Positions 34,693 through 56,454 of a stretch of 64,000 nt of DNA are shown here, in pieces. The notes beneath the pieces are model-generated. The model saw only the letters and a program-made list of their open reading frames with translations, made no database searches and had not been told where the DNA came from. Origin of the DNA: the human T2T-CHM13v2.0 reference genome, Homo sapiens. Both the position numbers and the translations under genes were made by a program. The stretch lies in NCBI RefSeq assembly GCF_009914755.1, contig NC_060948.1, one strand, 5' to 3'. Numbering within the stretch: position 1 is the first letter of the stretch; every line of letters begins with the position of its first letter.

Positions 34693-36793
34693 AGATCCAT
34701 ATTTTTTAAATGAAAAAAAATTTCAAAGGTACTCTGCTTGGTACAATAATCAAATGTATAAACTGAGGAATAAAACATAACCATGAAACCTACTTATAAC
34801 TGCATATGGAAAATACAGAGGATAATTTTTTAAATAACATATTTTGAAAGCCTTAACTAGTAATTTGAAGAGTTGGCATTTGAAAGGCCAGTATGAATAT
34901 ACATTCAAAGCAGCAACACAGGTTCCCCATGAGAAAAAGCAAACTCAGGGAAAATAAAACCACAAAGGTTCAATCTCTTCTGACCTTTGAAAGACACAGC
35001 ACAGACAGTGGTCCTTAGGACGAAGAGCAGGAGACCCCTAATTCCGTCACCATGGCGATAGGGCATAAACATTGCTGGGTGAGGGCACAATCCACATTGT
35101 GAGGTCCAACTGCTGCCAGGAAGACAGGAGTGCTTTTACATAGACCGAAAGGTCATTGAAGGCTCAGAGTTTTGTTTCAAGAACTGAATCCCAAGCCCAC
35201 ACGTTATTAGGCTGCGCTTCTTAAAACAAGTTATGAGATGGGAAAAAGGGCACCTACAAACATACGTATACATTATGTATATAACAATATACAGTATCAT
35301 ATATATAATATATATAACCCATGTATAATATTGTTTTACATCCTGCATCTTATATTATATATATTGTATAAAATATAATAATTGATAATATATAAATTTT
35401 ATATTTATACAATATGACATATAGTATATATTATAATTTATTACATATATAATATATGTTATATATCATATATAGAATATATTATACGGTTAATATACGT
35501 ATTAAATATAAATTATACATTACATATATTATATATAATATATCTGCTATATATAATACCCATTGTGCATAATATATATATTATGTCTATGTTATATATA
35601 GTATAAAACAACATATAATAATATATAATTGTATATATAAAACGCGACATATAATATATATTATATTTTATGACATATGTAATATATATTATATATTATA
35701 TATAATACGTTGTATGTATAATACCTATATTAAATATAAATTATATGACTATGTTATTAATTACATGTCACATATGTTATATATTATATATTTTACATAG
35801 AATATACCGGTTACATACAATATATACTATGTTACCTATAATGTATAATTTATTACATGTAAAATAAAGAATGCAATATATTATGTATAATTTATAATAT
35901 ACAATATGTGGAATGTGATATATATAACATATAATATATGATATATGATATACAGTATATGATATATAACATACAATATATGATACCTAATATATATGGT
36001 ATACAATATATATTTTATGATATGTATTCTATATGTTTTATATTCTGTTATATATAACTATTTGAAATTATATATAACTGTATAATATTTTATGTAAATA
36101 TGTAATATAATATATAACTATATAATATATTATATATAACTATATATTATGTTATATATACTTTTATAACATAATTTACATAAAATATCATAATATAATA
36201 TATATTATATTATTTCATATTACATAATATATATTACATATCACCCAATATAAGTAACATACATAATATTATAATATAGATTATATTATGTTATATTAAA
36301 TATCATATATATCATGTATCATATATTCTATAATATATATGATACATTATATAATATGTATGTTGTCTATTATGTGATATATATAACTATATATAATTAT
36401 ATTATTATACATATTACTAGATAAACATGTAATTCTACATATTTTCATTTATAATATATAGAATTATATAATCATATATAATTATTTATATTCTATAAAA
36501 AATTATATCATTATATAAATTATAATATATAAAAATTATAATATGTACTACAAATATATATATTATATATCATATATGATATAGTACCTTTGTTATATAT
36601 CATAATACATATAAATGTGTATTATGTTATCTATAATTATATAATTTCATATATAAGATGTATAATATGTATTATATATTATATATGTTATGTAATATAT
36701 ATAGTATATATAAGATGACACAGGATAAATATTATATACTATGACATATAAAATATATGAGGTTATATGTTACATATAAGGCATAGCACATAA

Positions 36794-37108
<315 letters not shown>

Positions 37109-39236
37109 AGATCCATATTTTTTAAATGAAAAAAAATTTCAAAGGTACTCTGCTTGGTACAATAATCAAATGTATAAACTGAGGAATAAAACATAACCAT
37201 GAAACCTACTTATAACTGCATATGGAAAATACAGAGGATAATTTTTTAAATAACATATTTTGAAAGCCTTAACTAGTAATTTGAAGAGTTGGCATTTGAA
37301 AGGCCAGTATGAATATACCTTCAAAGCAGCAACACAGGTTCCCCATGAGAAAAAGCAAACTCAGGGAAAATAAAACCACAAAGGTTCAATCTCTTCTGAC
37401 CTTTGAAAGACACAGCACAGACAGTGGTCCTTAGGACGAAGAGCAGGAGACCCCTAATTCCGTCACCATGGCGATAGGGCATAAACATTGCTGGGTGAGG
37501 GCACAATCCACATTGTGAGGTCCAACTGCTGCCAGGAAGACAGGAGTGCTTTTACATAGACCGAAAGGTCATTGAAGGCTCAGAGTTTTGTTTCAAGAAC
37601 TGAATCCCAAGCCCACACGTTATTAGGCTGCGCTTTTTAAAACAAGTTATGAGATGGGAAAAAGGGCACCCACAAACATACGTATACATTATGTATATAA
37701 TAATATACAGTATCATATATATAATATATATAACCTATGTATAATATTGTTTTATATCCTGCATCTTATATTATATATATTGTATAAAATGTAATAATTG
37801 ATAAAATATAAGTTTTATATTTATACAATATGACATATAGTATATATTATAATTTATGACATATATAATATATGTTATATATCATATATAGAATATATTA
37901 TACGGTTAATATACGTATTAAATATAAATTATACATTATATATATTATATAAAATATATCTGTTATATATAATACCCATTATGCATAATATATATATTAT
38001 GTCTATGTTATATATACTATAAAACAACATATAATAATATATAACTGTATATATAAAATGCGACATATAATATATATTATATTTTATGACATATGTAATA
38101 TATATTATATATTATATATAATACGTTGTATGTATAATACCTATATTAAATATATATTATATGACTATGTTATTAATTACATGTCACATATGTTATATAT
38201 TATATATTTTACATAGAATATACCGGTTACATACAATATATACTATGTTACCTATAATGTATAATTGATTACATGTAAAATAAAGAATGCAATATATTAT
38301 GTATAATTTATAATATACAATATGTGGAATGTGATATATATAACATATAATATATGATATATGATATACAGTATATGATATATAACATACAATATATGAT
38401 ACCTGATATATATGGTATACAATATATATTTTATGATATGTATTCTCTATGTTTTATATTCTTTTATATATAACTATTTGAAATTATATATAACTGTATA
38501 ATATTTTATGTAAATATGTAATATAATATATATAACTATATAATATTTTATATATAACTATATATTATGTTATATATACTTTTATAACATAATTTACATA
38601 AAATATCATAATATAATATATATTATATTATTTCATATTACATAATATACATTCCATATGACCCAATATAAGTAACATACATAATATTATAATATAGATT
38701 ATATTATGTTATATTAAATTTCATATATATCATGTATCATATATTCCATAATATATATTATACATTATATAATATGTATGTTGTCTATTATGTGATATAT
38801 ATAACTAAATATATAATTATATTGTGATACATATAACTAGATAAACATGTAATTCTACATATTTTCATTTATAATATATAAAATTATATAATCATATATA
38901 ATTATTTATATTCTATAAAAAATTATATCATTATATAAATTATAATATATAAAAATCATAATATGTCCTACAAATATATATATTATATATCATATATGAT
39001 ATAGTACCTTTGTTATATATCATAATACATATAAATGTGTATTATGTTATCTATAATTATATAATTTCATATATAAGATGTATAATATATATTATATATT
39101 ATATATGTTATGTAATATATATAGTATATATAAGATGTCACAGGATAAATATTATATACTATGACATATAAAATATATGAGGTTATATGTTACATATAAG
39201 GCATAGCACATAACATGTAATATATATCATCTATAA

Positions 39237-39528
<292 letters not shown>

Positions 39529-41633
39529 AGATCCATATTTTTTAAATGAAAAAAAATTTCAAAGGTACTCTGCTTGGTACAATAATCAAATGTATAAACT
39601 GAGGAATAAAACATAACCATGAAACCTACTTATAACTGCATATGGAAAATACAGAGGATAATTTTTTAAATAACATATTTTGAAAGCCTTAACTAGTAAA
39701 TTGAAGAGTTGGCATTTGAAAGGCCAGTATGAATATACCTTCAAAGCAGCAACACAGGTTCCCCATGAGAAAAAGCAAACTCAGGGAAAATAAAACCACA
39801 AAGGTTCAATCTCTTCTGACCTTTGAAAGACACAGCACAGACAGTGGTCCTTAGGACGAAGAGCAGGAGACCCCTAATTCCGTCACCATGGCGATAGGGC
39901 ATAAACATTGCTGGGTGAGGGCACAATCCACATTGTGAGGTCCAACTGCTGCCAGGAAGACAGGAGTGCTTTTACATAGACCGAAAGGTCATTGAAGGCT
40001 CAGAGTTTTGTTTCAAGAACTGAATCCCAAGCCCACACGTTATTAGGCTGCGCTTCTTAAAACAAGTTATGAGATGGGAAAAAGGGCACCCACAAACATA
40101 CGTATACATTATGTATATAATAGTATACAGTATCATATATATAATATATATAACCTATGTATAATATTGTTTTACATAATGCATCTTATATTATATATAT
40201 TGTATAAAATATAATAATTGATAATATATAAGTTTCATATTTATACAATATGACATATAGTATATATTATAATTTATGACATATATAATATATGTTATAT
40301 ATCATATATAGAATATATTATACTGTTAATATACGTATTAAATATAAATTATACATTATATATATTATATATAATATATCTGTTATATATAATACCCATT
40401 ATGCATAATATATATATTATATCTATGTTATATATAGTATAAAACAACATATAATAATATATAATTGTATATATAAAATGCGACATATAATATATATTAT
40501 ATTTTATGACATATGTAATATATATTATATATTATATATAATACGTTGTATGTATAATACCTATAATAAATATATATTATATGACTATGTTATTAATTAC
40601 ATGTCACATGTGTTATATATTATATATTTTACATAGAATATACCGGTTACATACAATATATACTATGTTACCTATAATGTATAATTTATTACATGTAAAA
40701 TAAAGAATGCAATATATTATGTATAATTTATAATATACAATATGTGGAATGTGATATATATAACATATAATATATGATATATGATATACAGTATATGATA
40801 TATAACATACAATATATGATACCTAATATATATGGTATACAATATATATTTTATGATATGTATTCTATATGTTTTATATTCTGTTATATATAACTATTTG
40901 AAATTATATATAACTGTATAATCTTTTATGTAAATATGTAATATAATATATATAACTATATAATATATTATATATAACTATATATTATGTTATATATACT
41001 TTTATAACATAATTTACATAAAATATCATAATATAATATATATTATATTATTTCATATTACATAATATATATTACATATCACCCAATATAAGTAACATAC
41101 ATAATATTATAATATAGATTATGTTATGTTATATTAAATATCATATATATCATGTATCATATATTCTATAATATATATTATACATTATATAATATGTATG
41201 TTGTCTATTATGAGATATATATAACTATATATATAATTATATTATTATACATATAACTAGATAAACATGTAATTCTACATATTTTCATTTATAATATATA
41301 GAATTATATAATCATATATAATTATTTATATTCTATAAAAAATTATATCATTATATAAATTATAATATATAAAAATTATAATATGTACTACAAATATATA
41401 TATTATATATCATATATGATATAGTACCTTTGTTATATATCATAATACATATAAATGTGTATTATGTTATCTATAATTATATAATTTCATATATAAGATG
41501 TATAATATGTATTATATATTATATATGTTATGTAATATATATAGTATATATAAGATGACACAGGATAAATATTATATACTATGACATATAAAATATATGA
41601 GGTTATATGTTTCATATAAGGCATAGCACATAA

Positions 41634-41948
<315 letters not shown>

Positions 41949-44053
41949 AGATCCATATTTTTTAAATGCAAAAAAATTTCAAAGGTACTCTGCTTGGTAC
42001 ATTAATCAAATGTATAAACTGAGGAATAAAACATAACCATGAAACCTACTTATAACTGCATATGGAAAATACAGAGGATAATTTTTTAAATAACATATTT
42101 TGAAAGCCTTAACTAGTAATTTGAAGAGTTGGCATTTGAAAGGCCAGTATGAATATACCTTCAAAGCAGCAACACAGGTTCCCCATGAGAAAAAGCAAAC
42201 TCAGGGAAAATAAAAACATAAATGTTCAATCTCTTCTGACCTTTGAAAGACACAGCACAGACAGTGGTCCTTAGGACGAAGAGCAGGAGACCCCTAATTC
42301 CGTCACCATGGCGATAGGGCATAAACACTGCTGGGTGAGGGCACAATCCACATTGTGAGGTCCAACTGCTGCCAGGAAGACAGGAGTGCTTTTACATAGA
42401 CCGAAAGGTCATTGAAGGCTCAGAGTTTTGTTTCAAGAACTGAATCCCAAGCCCACACGTTATTAGGCTGCGCTTCTTAAAACAAGTTATGAGATGGGAA
42501 AAAGGGCACCCACAAACATACGTATACATTATGTATATAATAATATACAATATCATATATATAATATATATAACCTATGTATAATATTGTTTTACATCCT
42601 GCATCTTATAATATATATATTGTATAAAATATAATAATTGATAATATATATGTTTTATATTTATACAATATGACATATAGTATATATTATAATTTATGAC
42701 ATATATAATATATGTTATATATCATATATAGAATATATTATACGGTTAATATACGTATTAAATATAAATTATACATTATATATATTATATATAATATATC
42801 TGTTATATATAATACCCATTATGCATAATATATATATTATGTCTATGTTATATATAGTATAAAACAACATATAATAATATATAATTGTATATATAAAATG
42901 CGACATATAATATATATTATATTTTATGACATATGTAATATATATTATATATTATATATAATACGTGGTATGTATAATACCTATATTAAATATATATTAT
43001 ATGACTATGTTATTAATTACATGTCACATATGTTATATATTATATATTTTACATAGAATATACCGGTTACATACAATATATACTATGTTACCTATAATGT
43101 ATAATTGATTACATGTAAAATAAAGAATGCAATATATTATGTATAATTTATAATATACAATATGTGGAATGTGATATATATAACATATAATATATGATAT
43201 ATGATATACAGTATATGATATATAACATACAATATATGATACCTAATATATATGGTATACAATATATATTTTATGTTATGTATTCTATATGTTTTATATT
43301 CTGTTATATATAACTATTTGAAATTATATATAACTGTATAATATTTTATGTAAATATGTAATATAATATATATAACTATAAAATATATTATATATAACTA
43401 TATATTATGTTATATATACTTTTATAACATAATTTACATAAAATATCATAATATAATATATATTATATTATTTCACATTACATAATATGTATTACATATC
43501 ACCCAATATAAGTAACATACATAATATTATAATATAGATTATATTATGTTATATTAAATATCATATATATCATGTATCATATATTCTATAATATATATTA
43601 TACATTATATAATATGTATGTTGTCCATTATGTGATATATATAACTATATATATAATTATATTATTATACATATAACTAGATAAACATGTAATTCTACAT
43701 ATTTTCATTTATAATATATAGAATTATATAATCATATATAATTATTTATATTCTATAAAAAATTATATCATTATATAAATTATAATATATAAAAATTATA
43801 AGATGTACTACAAATATATATATTATATATCATATATGATATAGTACCTTTGTTATATATCATAATACATATAAATGTGTATTATGTTATCTATAATTTT
43901 ATAATTTCATATATAAGATGTATAATATGTATTATATATTGTATATGTTATGTAATATATATAGTATATATAAGCTGACACAGGATAAATATTATATACT
44001 ATGACATATAAAATATATGAGGTTATATGTTACATATAAGGCATAGCACATAA

Positions 44054-44368
<315 letters not shown>

Positions 44369-46473
44369 AGATCCATATTTTTTAAATGAAAAAAAATTTC
44401 AAAGGTACTCTGCTTGGTACAATAATCAAATGTATAAACTGAGGAATAAAACATAACCATGAAACCTACTTATAACTGCATATGGAAAATACAGAGGATA
44501 ATTTTTTAAATAACATATTTTGAAAGCCTTAACTAGTAATTTGAAGAGTTGGCATTTGAAAGGCCAGTATGAATATACCTTCAAAGCAGCAACACAGGTT
44601 CCCCATGAGAAAAAGCAAACTCAGGGAAAATAAAACCACAAAGGTTCAATCTCTTCTGACCTTTGAAAGACACAGCACAGACAGTGGTCCTTAGGACGAA
44701 GAGCAGGAGACCCCTAATTCCGTCACCATGGCGATAGGGCATAAACATTGCTGGGTGAGGGCACAATCCACATTGTGAGGTCCAACTGCTGCCAGGAAGA
44801 CAGGAGTGCTTTTACATAGACCGAAAGGTCATTGAAGGCTCAGAGTTTTGTTTCAAGAACTGAATCCCAAGCCCACACGTTATTAGGCTGCGCTTCTTAA
44901 AACAAGTTATGAGATGGGAAAAAGGGCACCTACAAACATACGTATACATTATGTATATAATAATATACAGTATCATATATATAATATATATAACCCATGT
45001 ATAATATTGTTTTACATCCTGCATCTTATATTATATATATTGTATAAAATATAATAATTGATAATATATAAGTTTCATATTTATACAATATGACATATAG
45101 TATATATTATAATTTATGACATATATAATATATGTTATATATCATATATAGAATATATTATACTGTTAATATACGTATTAAATATAAATTATACATTATA
45201 TATATTATATATAATATATCTGTTATATATAATACCCATTATGCATAATATATATATTATATCTATGTTATATATAGTATAAAACAACATATAATAATAT
45301 ATAATTGTATATATAAAATGCGACATATAATATATATTATATTTTATGACATATGTAATATATATTATATATTATATATAATACGTTGTATGTATAATAC
45401 CTATAATAAATATATATTATATGACTATGTTATTAATTACATGTCACATGTGTTATATATTATATATTTTACATAGAATATACCGGTTACATACAATATA
45501 TACTATGTTACCTATAATGTATAATTTATTACATGTAAAATAAAGAATGCAATATATTATGTATAATTTATAATATACAATATGTGGAATGTGATATATA
45601 TAACATATAATATATGATATATGATATACAGTATATGATATATAACATACAATATATGATACCTAATATATATGGTATACAATATATATTTTATGATATG
45701 TATTCTATATGTTTTATATTCTGTTATATATAACTATTTGAAATTATATATAACTGTATAATATTTTATGTAAATATGTAATATAATATATATAACTATA
45801 TAATATATTATATATAACTATATATTATGTTATATATACTTTTATAACATAATTTACATAAAATATCATAATATAATATATATTATATTATTTCATATTA
45901 CATAATATATATTACATATCACCCAATATAAGTAACATACATAATATTATAATATAGATTATGTTATGTTATATTAAATATCATATATATCATGTATCAT
46001 ATATTCTATAATATATATTATACATTATATAATATGTATGTTGTCTATTATGAGATATATATAACTATATATATAATTATATTATTATACATATAACTAG
46101 ATAAACATGTAATTCTACATATTTTCATTTATAATATATAGAATTATATAATCATATATAATTATTTATATTCTATAAAAAATTATATCATTATATAAAT
46201 TATAATATATAAAAATTATAATATGTACTACAAATATATATATTATATATCATATATGATATAGTACCTTTGTTATATATCATAATACATATAAATGTGT
46301 ATTATGTTATCTATAATTATATAATTTCATATATAAGATGTATAATATGTATTATATATTATATATGTTATGTAATATATATAGTATATATAAGATGACA
46401 CAGGATAAATATTATATACTATGACATATAAAATATATGAGGTTATATGTTTCATATAAGGCATAGCACATAA

Positions 46474-46788
<315 letters not shown>

Positions 46789-48893
46789 AGATCCATATTT
46801 TTTAAATGCAAAAAAATTTCAAAGGTACTCTGCTTGGTACATTAATCAAATGTATAAACTGAGGAATAAAACATAACCATGAAACCTACTTATAACTGCA
46901 TATGGAAAATACAGAGGATAATTTTTTAAATAACATATTTTGAAAGCCTTAACTAGTAATTTGAAGAGTTGGCATTTGAAAGGCCAGTATGAATATACCT
47001 TCAAAGCAGCAACACAGGTTCCCCATGAGAAAAAGCAAACTCAGGGAAAATAAAAACATAAATGTTCAATCTCTTCTGACCTTTGAAAGACACAGCACAG
47101 ACAGTGGTCCTTAGGACGAAGAGCAGGAGACCCCTAATTCCGTCACCATGGCGATAGGGCATAAACACTGCTGGGTGAGGGCACAATCCACATTGTGAGG
47201 TCCAACTGCTGCCAGGAAGACAGGAGTGCTTTTACATAGACCGAAAGGTCATTGAAGGCTCAGAGTTTTGTTTCAAGAACTGAATCCCAAGCCCACACGT
47301 TATTAGGCTGCGCTTCTTAAAACAAGTTATGAGATGGGAAAAAGGGCACCCACAAACATACGTATACATTATGTATATAATAATATACAATATCATATAT
47401 ATAATATATATAACCTATGTATAATATTGTTTTACATCCTGCATCTTATAATATATATATTGTATAAAATATAATAATTGATAATATATATGTTTTATAT
47501 TTATACAATATGACATATAGTATATATTATAATTTATGACATATATAATATATGTTATATATCATATATAGAATATATTATACGGTTAATATACGTATTA
47601 AATATAAATTATACATTATATATATTATATATAATATATCTGTTATATATAATACCCATTATGCATAATATATATATTATGTCTATGTTATATATAGTAT
47701 AAAACAACATATAATAATATATAATTGTATATATAAAATGCGACATATAATATATATTATATTTTATGACATATGTAATATATATTATATATTATATATA
47801 ATACGTGGTATGTATAATACCTATATTAAATATATATTATATGACTATGTTATTAATTACATGTCACATATGTTATATATTATATATTTTACATAGAATA
47901 TACCGGTTACATACAATATATACTATGTTACCTATAATGTATAATTGATTACATGTAAAATAAAGAATGCAATATATTATGTATAATTTATAATATACAA
48001 TATGTGGAATGTGATATATATAACATATAATATATGATATATGATATACAGTATATGATATATAACATACAATATATGATACCTAATATATATGGTATAC
48101 AATATATATTTTATGTTATGTATTCTATATGTTTTATATTCTGTTATATATAACTATTTGAAATTATATATAACTGTATAATATTTTATGTAAATATGTA
48201 ATATAATATATATAACTATAAAATATATTATATATAACTATATATTATGTTATATATACTTTTATAACATAATTTACATAAAATATCATAATATAATATA
48301 TATTATATTATTTCACATTACATAATATGTATTACATATCACCCAATATAAGTAACATACATAATATTATAATATAGATTATATTATGTTATATTAAATA
48401 TCATATATATCATGTATCATATATTCTATAATATATATTATACATTATATAATATGTATGTTGTCCATTATGTGATATATATAACTATATATATAATTAT
48501 ATTATTATACATATAACTAGATAAACATGTAATTCTACATATTTTCATTTATAATATATAGAATTATATAATCATATATAATTATTTATATTCTATAAAA
48601 AATTATATCATTATATAAATTATAATATATAAAAATTATAAGATGTACTACAAATATATATATTATATATCATATATGATATAGTACCTTTGTTATATAT
48701 CATAATACATATAAATGTGTATTATGTTATCTATAATTTTATAATTTCATATATAAGATGTATAATATGTATTATATATTGTATATGTTATGTAATATAT
48801 ATAGTATATATAAGCTGACACAGGATAAATATTATATACTATGACATATAAAATATATGAGGTTATATGTTACATATAAGGCATAGCACATAA

Positions 48894-49208
<315 letters not shown>

Positions 49209-51307
49209 AGATCCATATTTTTTAAATGAAAAAAAATTTCAAAGGTACTCTGCTTGGTACAATAATCAAATGTATAAACTGAGGAATAAAACATAACCAT
49301 GAAACCTACTTATAACTGCATATGGAAAATACAGAGGATAATTTTTTAAATAACATATTTTGAAAGCCTTAACTAGTAATTTGAAGAGTTGGCATTTGAA
49401 AGGCCAGTATGAATATACCTTCAAAGCAGCAACACAGGTTCCCCATGAGAAAAAGCAAACTCAGGGAAAATAAAACCACAAAGGTTCAATCTCTTCTGAC
49501 CTTTGAAAGACACAGCACAGACAGTGGTCCTTAGGACGAAGAGCAGGAGACCCCTAATTCCGTCACCATGGCGATAGGGCATAAACATTGCTGGGTGAGG
49601 GCACAATCCACATTGTGAGGTCCAACTGCTGCCAGGAAGACAGGAGTGCTTTTACATAGACCGAAAGGTCATTGAAGGCTCAGAGTTTTGTTTCAAGAAC
49701 TGAATCCCAAGCCCACACGTTATTAGGCTGCGCTTCTTAAAACAAGTTATGAGATGGGAAAAAGGGCACCTACAAACATACGTATACATTATGTATATAA
49801 TAATATACAGTATCATATATATAATATATATAACCCATGTATAATATTGTTTTACATCCTGCATCTTATATTATATATATTGTATAAAATATAATAATTG
49901 ATAATATATAAGTTTTATATTTATACAATATGACATATAGTATATATTATAATTTATGACATATATAATATATGTTATATATCATATATAGAATATATTA
50001 TACGGTTAATATACGTATTAAATATAAATTATACATTATATATATTATATATAATATATCTGCTATATATAATACCCATTGTGCATAATATATATATTAT
50101 GTCTATGTTATATAATATAAAACAACATATAATAATATATAATTGTATATATAAAACGCGACATATAATATATATTATATTTTATGACATATGTAATATA
50201 TATTATATATTATATATAATACGTTGTATGTATAATACCTATATTAAATATAAATTATATGACTATGTTATTAATTACATGTCACATATGTTATATATTA
50301 TATATTTTACATAGAATATACCGGTTACATACAATATATACTATGTTACCTATAATGTATAATTTATTACATGTAAAATAAAGAATGCAATATATTATGT
50401 ATAATTTATAATATACAATATGTGGAATGTGATATATATAACATATAATATATGATATATGATATACAGTATATGATATATAACATACAATATATGATAC
50501 CTAATATATATGGTATACAATATATATTTTATGATATGTATTCTATATGTTTTATATTCTGATATATATAACTATTTGAAATTATATATAACTGTATAAT
50601 ATTTTATGTAAATATGTAATATAATATATAACTATATAATATATTATATATAACTATATATTATGTTATATATACTTTTATAACATAATTTACATAAAAT
50701 ATCATAATATAATATATATTATATTATTTCATATTACATAATATATATTAGATATCACCCAATATAAGTAACATACATAATATTATAATATAGATTATAT
50801 TATGTTATATTAAATATCATATATATCATGTATCATATATTCTATAGTATATATGATACATTATATAATATGTATGTTGTCTATTATGTGATATATATAA
50901 CTATATATAATTATATTATTATACATATTACTAGATAAACATGTAATTCTACATATTTTCATTTATAATATATAGAATTATATTATCATATATAATTATT
51001 TATATTCTATAAAAAATTATATCATTATATAAATTATAATATATAAAAATTATAATATGTACTACAAATATATATATTATATATCATATATGATATAGTA
51101 CCTTTGTTATATATCATAATACATATAAATGTGTATTATGTTATCTATAATTATATAATTTCATATATAAGATGTATAATATGTATTATATATTATATAT
51201 GTTATGTAATATATATAGTATATATAAGATGACACAGGATAAATATTATATACTATGACATATAAAATATATGAGGTTATATGTTACATATAAGGCATAG
51301 CACATAA

Positions 51308-51622
<315 letters not shown>

Positions 51623-53746
51623 AGATCCATATTTTTTAAATGAAAAAAAATTTCAAAGGTACTCTGCTTGGTACAATAATCAAATGTATAAACTGAGGAA
51701 TAAAACATAACCATGAAACCTACTTATAACTGCATATGGAAAATACAGAGGATAATTTTTTAAATAACATATTTTGAAAGCCTTAACTAGTAATTTGAAG
51801 AGTTGGCATTTGAAAGGCCAGTATGAATATACCTTCAAAGCAGCAACACAGGTTCCCCATGAGAAAAAGCAAACTCAGGGAAAATAAAACCACAAAGGTT
51901 CAATCTCTTCTGACCTTTGAAAGACACAGCACAGACAGTGGTCCTTAGGACGAAGAGCAGGAGACCCCTAATTCCGTCACCATGGCGATAGGGCATAAAC
52001 ATTGCTGGGTGAGGGCACAATCCACATTGTGAGGTCCAACTGCTGCCAGGAAGACAGGAGTGCTTTTACATAGACCGAAAGGTCATTGAAGGTTCAGAGT
52101 TTTGTTTCAAGAACTGAATCCCAAGCCCACACGTTATTAGGCTGCGCTTCTTAAAACAAGTTATGAGATGGGAAAAAGGGCACCTACAAACATACGTATA
52201 CATTATGTATATAATAATATACAGTATCATATATATAATATATATAACCCATGTATAATATTGTTTTACATCCTGCATCTTATGTTATATATATTGTATA
52301 AAATATAATAATTGATAATATATAAATTTTATATTTATACAATATGACATATAGTATATATTATAATTTATTACATATATAATATATGTTATATATCATA
52401 TATAGAATATATTCTATGGTTAATATACGTATTAAATATAAATTATACATTATATATATTATATATAATATATCTGCTATATATAATACCCATTGTGCAT
52501 AATATATATATTATGTCTATGTTATATATAGTATAAATCAACATATAATAATATATAATTGTATATATAAAACGCGACATATAATATATATTATATTTTA
52601 TGACAGATGTAATATATATTATATATTATATATAATACGTTGTATGTATAATACCTATATTAAATATAAATTATATGACTATGTTATTAATTACATGTCA
52701 CATATGTTATATATTATATATTTTACATAGAATATACCGGTTACATACAATATATACTATGTTACCTATAATGTATAATTTATTACATGTAAAATAAAGA
52801 ATGCAATATATTATGTATAATTTATAATATACAATATGTGGAATGTGATATATATAACATGTAATATATGATATATGATATACAGTATATGATATATAAC
52901 ATACAATGTATGATACCTAATATATATGGTATACAATATATATTTTATGATATGTATTCTATATGTTTTATATTCTGTTATATATAACTATTTGAAATTA
53001 TATATAACTGTATAATATTTTATGTAAATATGTAATATAATATATAACTATATAATATATTATATATAACTATATATTATGTTATATATACTTTTATAAC
53101 ATAATTTACATAAAATATCATTATATAATATATATTATATTATTTCATATTACATAATATATATTACATATCACCCAATATAAGTAACATACATAATATT
53201 ATAATATAGATTATATTATGTTATATTAAATATCATATATATCATGTATCATATATTCTATAATATATATGATACATTATATAATATGTATGTTGTCTAT
53301 TATGTGATATATATAACTATATATAATTATATTATTATACATATTACTAGATAAACATGTAATTCTACATATTTTCCTTTATAATATATAGAATTATATA
53401 ATCATATATAATTATTTATATTCTATAAAAAATTATATCATTATATAAATTATAATATATAAAAATTATAATATGTACTACAAATATATATATTATATAT
53501 CATATATGATATAGTACCTTTGTTATATATCATAATACATATAAATGTGTATTATGTTATCTATAATTATATAATTTCATATATAAGATGTATAATATGT
53601 ATTATATATTATATATGTTATGTAATATATATAGTATATATAAGATGACACAGGATAAATATTATATACTATGACATATAAAATATATGAGGTTATATGT
53701 TACATATAAGGCATAGCACATAACATGTAATATATATCATATATAA

Positions 53747-54038
<292 letters not shown>

Positions 54039-56139
54039 AGATCCATATTTTTTAAATGAAAAAAAATTTCAAAGGTACTCTGCTTGGTACAATAATCAAA
54101 TGTATAAACTGAGGAATAAAACATAACCATGAAACCTACTTATAACTGCATATGGAAAATACAGAGGATAATTTTTTAAATAACATATTTTGAAAGCCTT
54201 AACTAGTAATTTGAAGAGTTGGCATTTGAAAGGCCAGTATGAATACACCTTCAAAGCAGCAACACAGGTTCCCCATGAGAAAAAGCAAACTCAGGGAAAA
54301 TAAAACCACAAAGGTTCAATCTCTTCTGACCTTTGAAAGACACAGCACAGACAGTGGTCCTTAGGACGAAGAGCAGGAGACCCCTAATTCCGTCACCATG
54401 GCGATAGGGCATAAACATTGCTGGGTGAGGGCACAATCCACATTGTGAGGTCCAACTGCTGCCAGGAAGACAGGAGTGCTTTTACATAGACCGAAAGGTC
54501 ATTGAAGGCTCAGAGTTTTGTTTCAAGAACTGAATCCCAAGCCCACACGTTATTAGGCTGCGCTTCTTAAAACAAGTTATGAGATGGGAAAAAGGGCACC
54601 TACAAACATACGTATATATTATGTATATAATAATATACAGTATCATATATATAATATATATAACCCATGTATAATATTGTTTTACATCCTGCATCTTATA
54701 TTATATATATTGTATAAAATATAATAATTGATAATATATAAATTTTATATTTATACAATATGACATATAGTATATATTATAATTTATTACATATATAATA
54801 TATGTTATATATCATATATAGAATATATTATACGGTTAATATACGTATTAAATATAAATTATACATTATATATATTATATATAATATATCTGCTATATAT
54901 AATACCCATTGTGCATAATATATATATTATGTCTATGTTATATATAGTATAAAACAACATATAATAATATATAATTGTATATATAAAACGCGACATATAA
55001 TATATATTATATTTTATGACATATGTAATATATATTATATATTATATATAATACGTTGTATGTATAATACCTATATTAAATATAAATTATATGACTATGT
55101 TATTAATTACATGTCACATATGTTATATATTATATATTTTACATAGAATATACCGGTTACATACAATATATACTATGTTACCTATAATGTATAATTTATT
55201 ACATGTAAAATAAAGAATGCAATATATTATGTATAATTTATAATATACAATATGTGGAATGTGATATATATAACATATAATATATGATATATGATATACA
55301 GTATATGATATATAACATACAATATATGATACCTAATATATATGGTATACAATATATATTTTATGATATGTATTCTATATGTTTTATATTCTGTTATATA
55401 TAACTATTTGAAATTATATATAACTGTATAATATTTTATGTAAATATGTAATATAATATATAACTATATAATATATTATATATAACTATATATTATGTTA
55501 TATATACTTTTATAACATAATTTACATAAAATATCATAATATAATATATATTATATTATTTCATATTACATAATATATATTACATATCACCCAATATAAG
55601 TAACATACATAATATTATAATATAGATTATATTATGTTATATTAAATATCATATATATCATGTATCATATATTCTATAATATATATGATACATTATATAA
55701 TATGTATGTTGTCTATTATGTGATATATATAACTATATATAATTATATTATTATACATATTACTAGATAAACATGTAATTCTACATATTTTCATTTATAA
55801 TATATAGAATTATATAATCATATATAATTATTTATATTCTATAAAAAATTATATCATTATATAAATTATAATATATAAAAATTATAATATGTACTACAAA
55901 TATATATATTATATATCATATATGGTATAGTACCTTTGTTATATATCATAATACATATAAATGTGTATTATGTTATCTATAATTATATAATTTCATATAT
56001 AAGATGTATAATATGTATTATATATTATATATGTTATGTAATATATATAGTATATATAAGATGACACAGGATAAATATTATATACTATGACATATAAAAT
56101 ATATGAGGTTATATGTTAAATATAAGGCATAGCACATAA

Positions 56140-56454
<315 letters not shown>
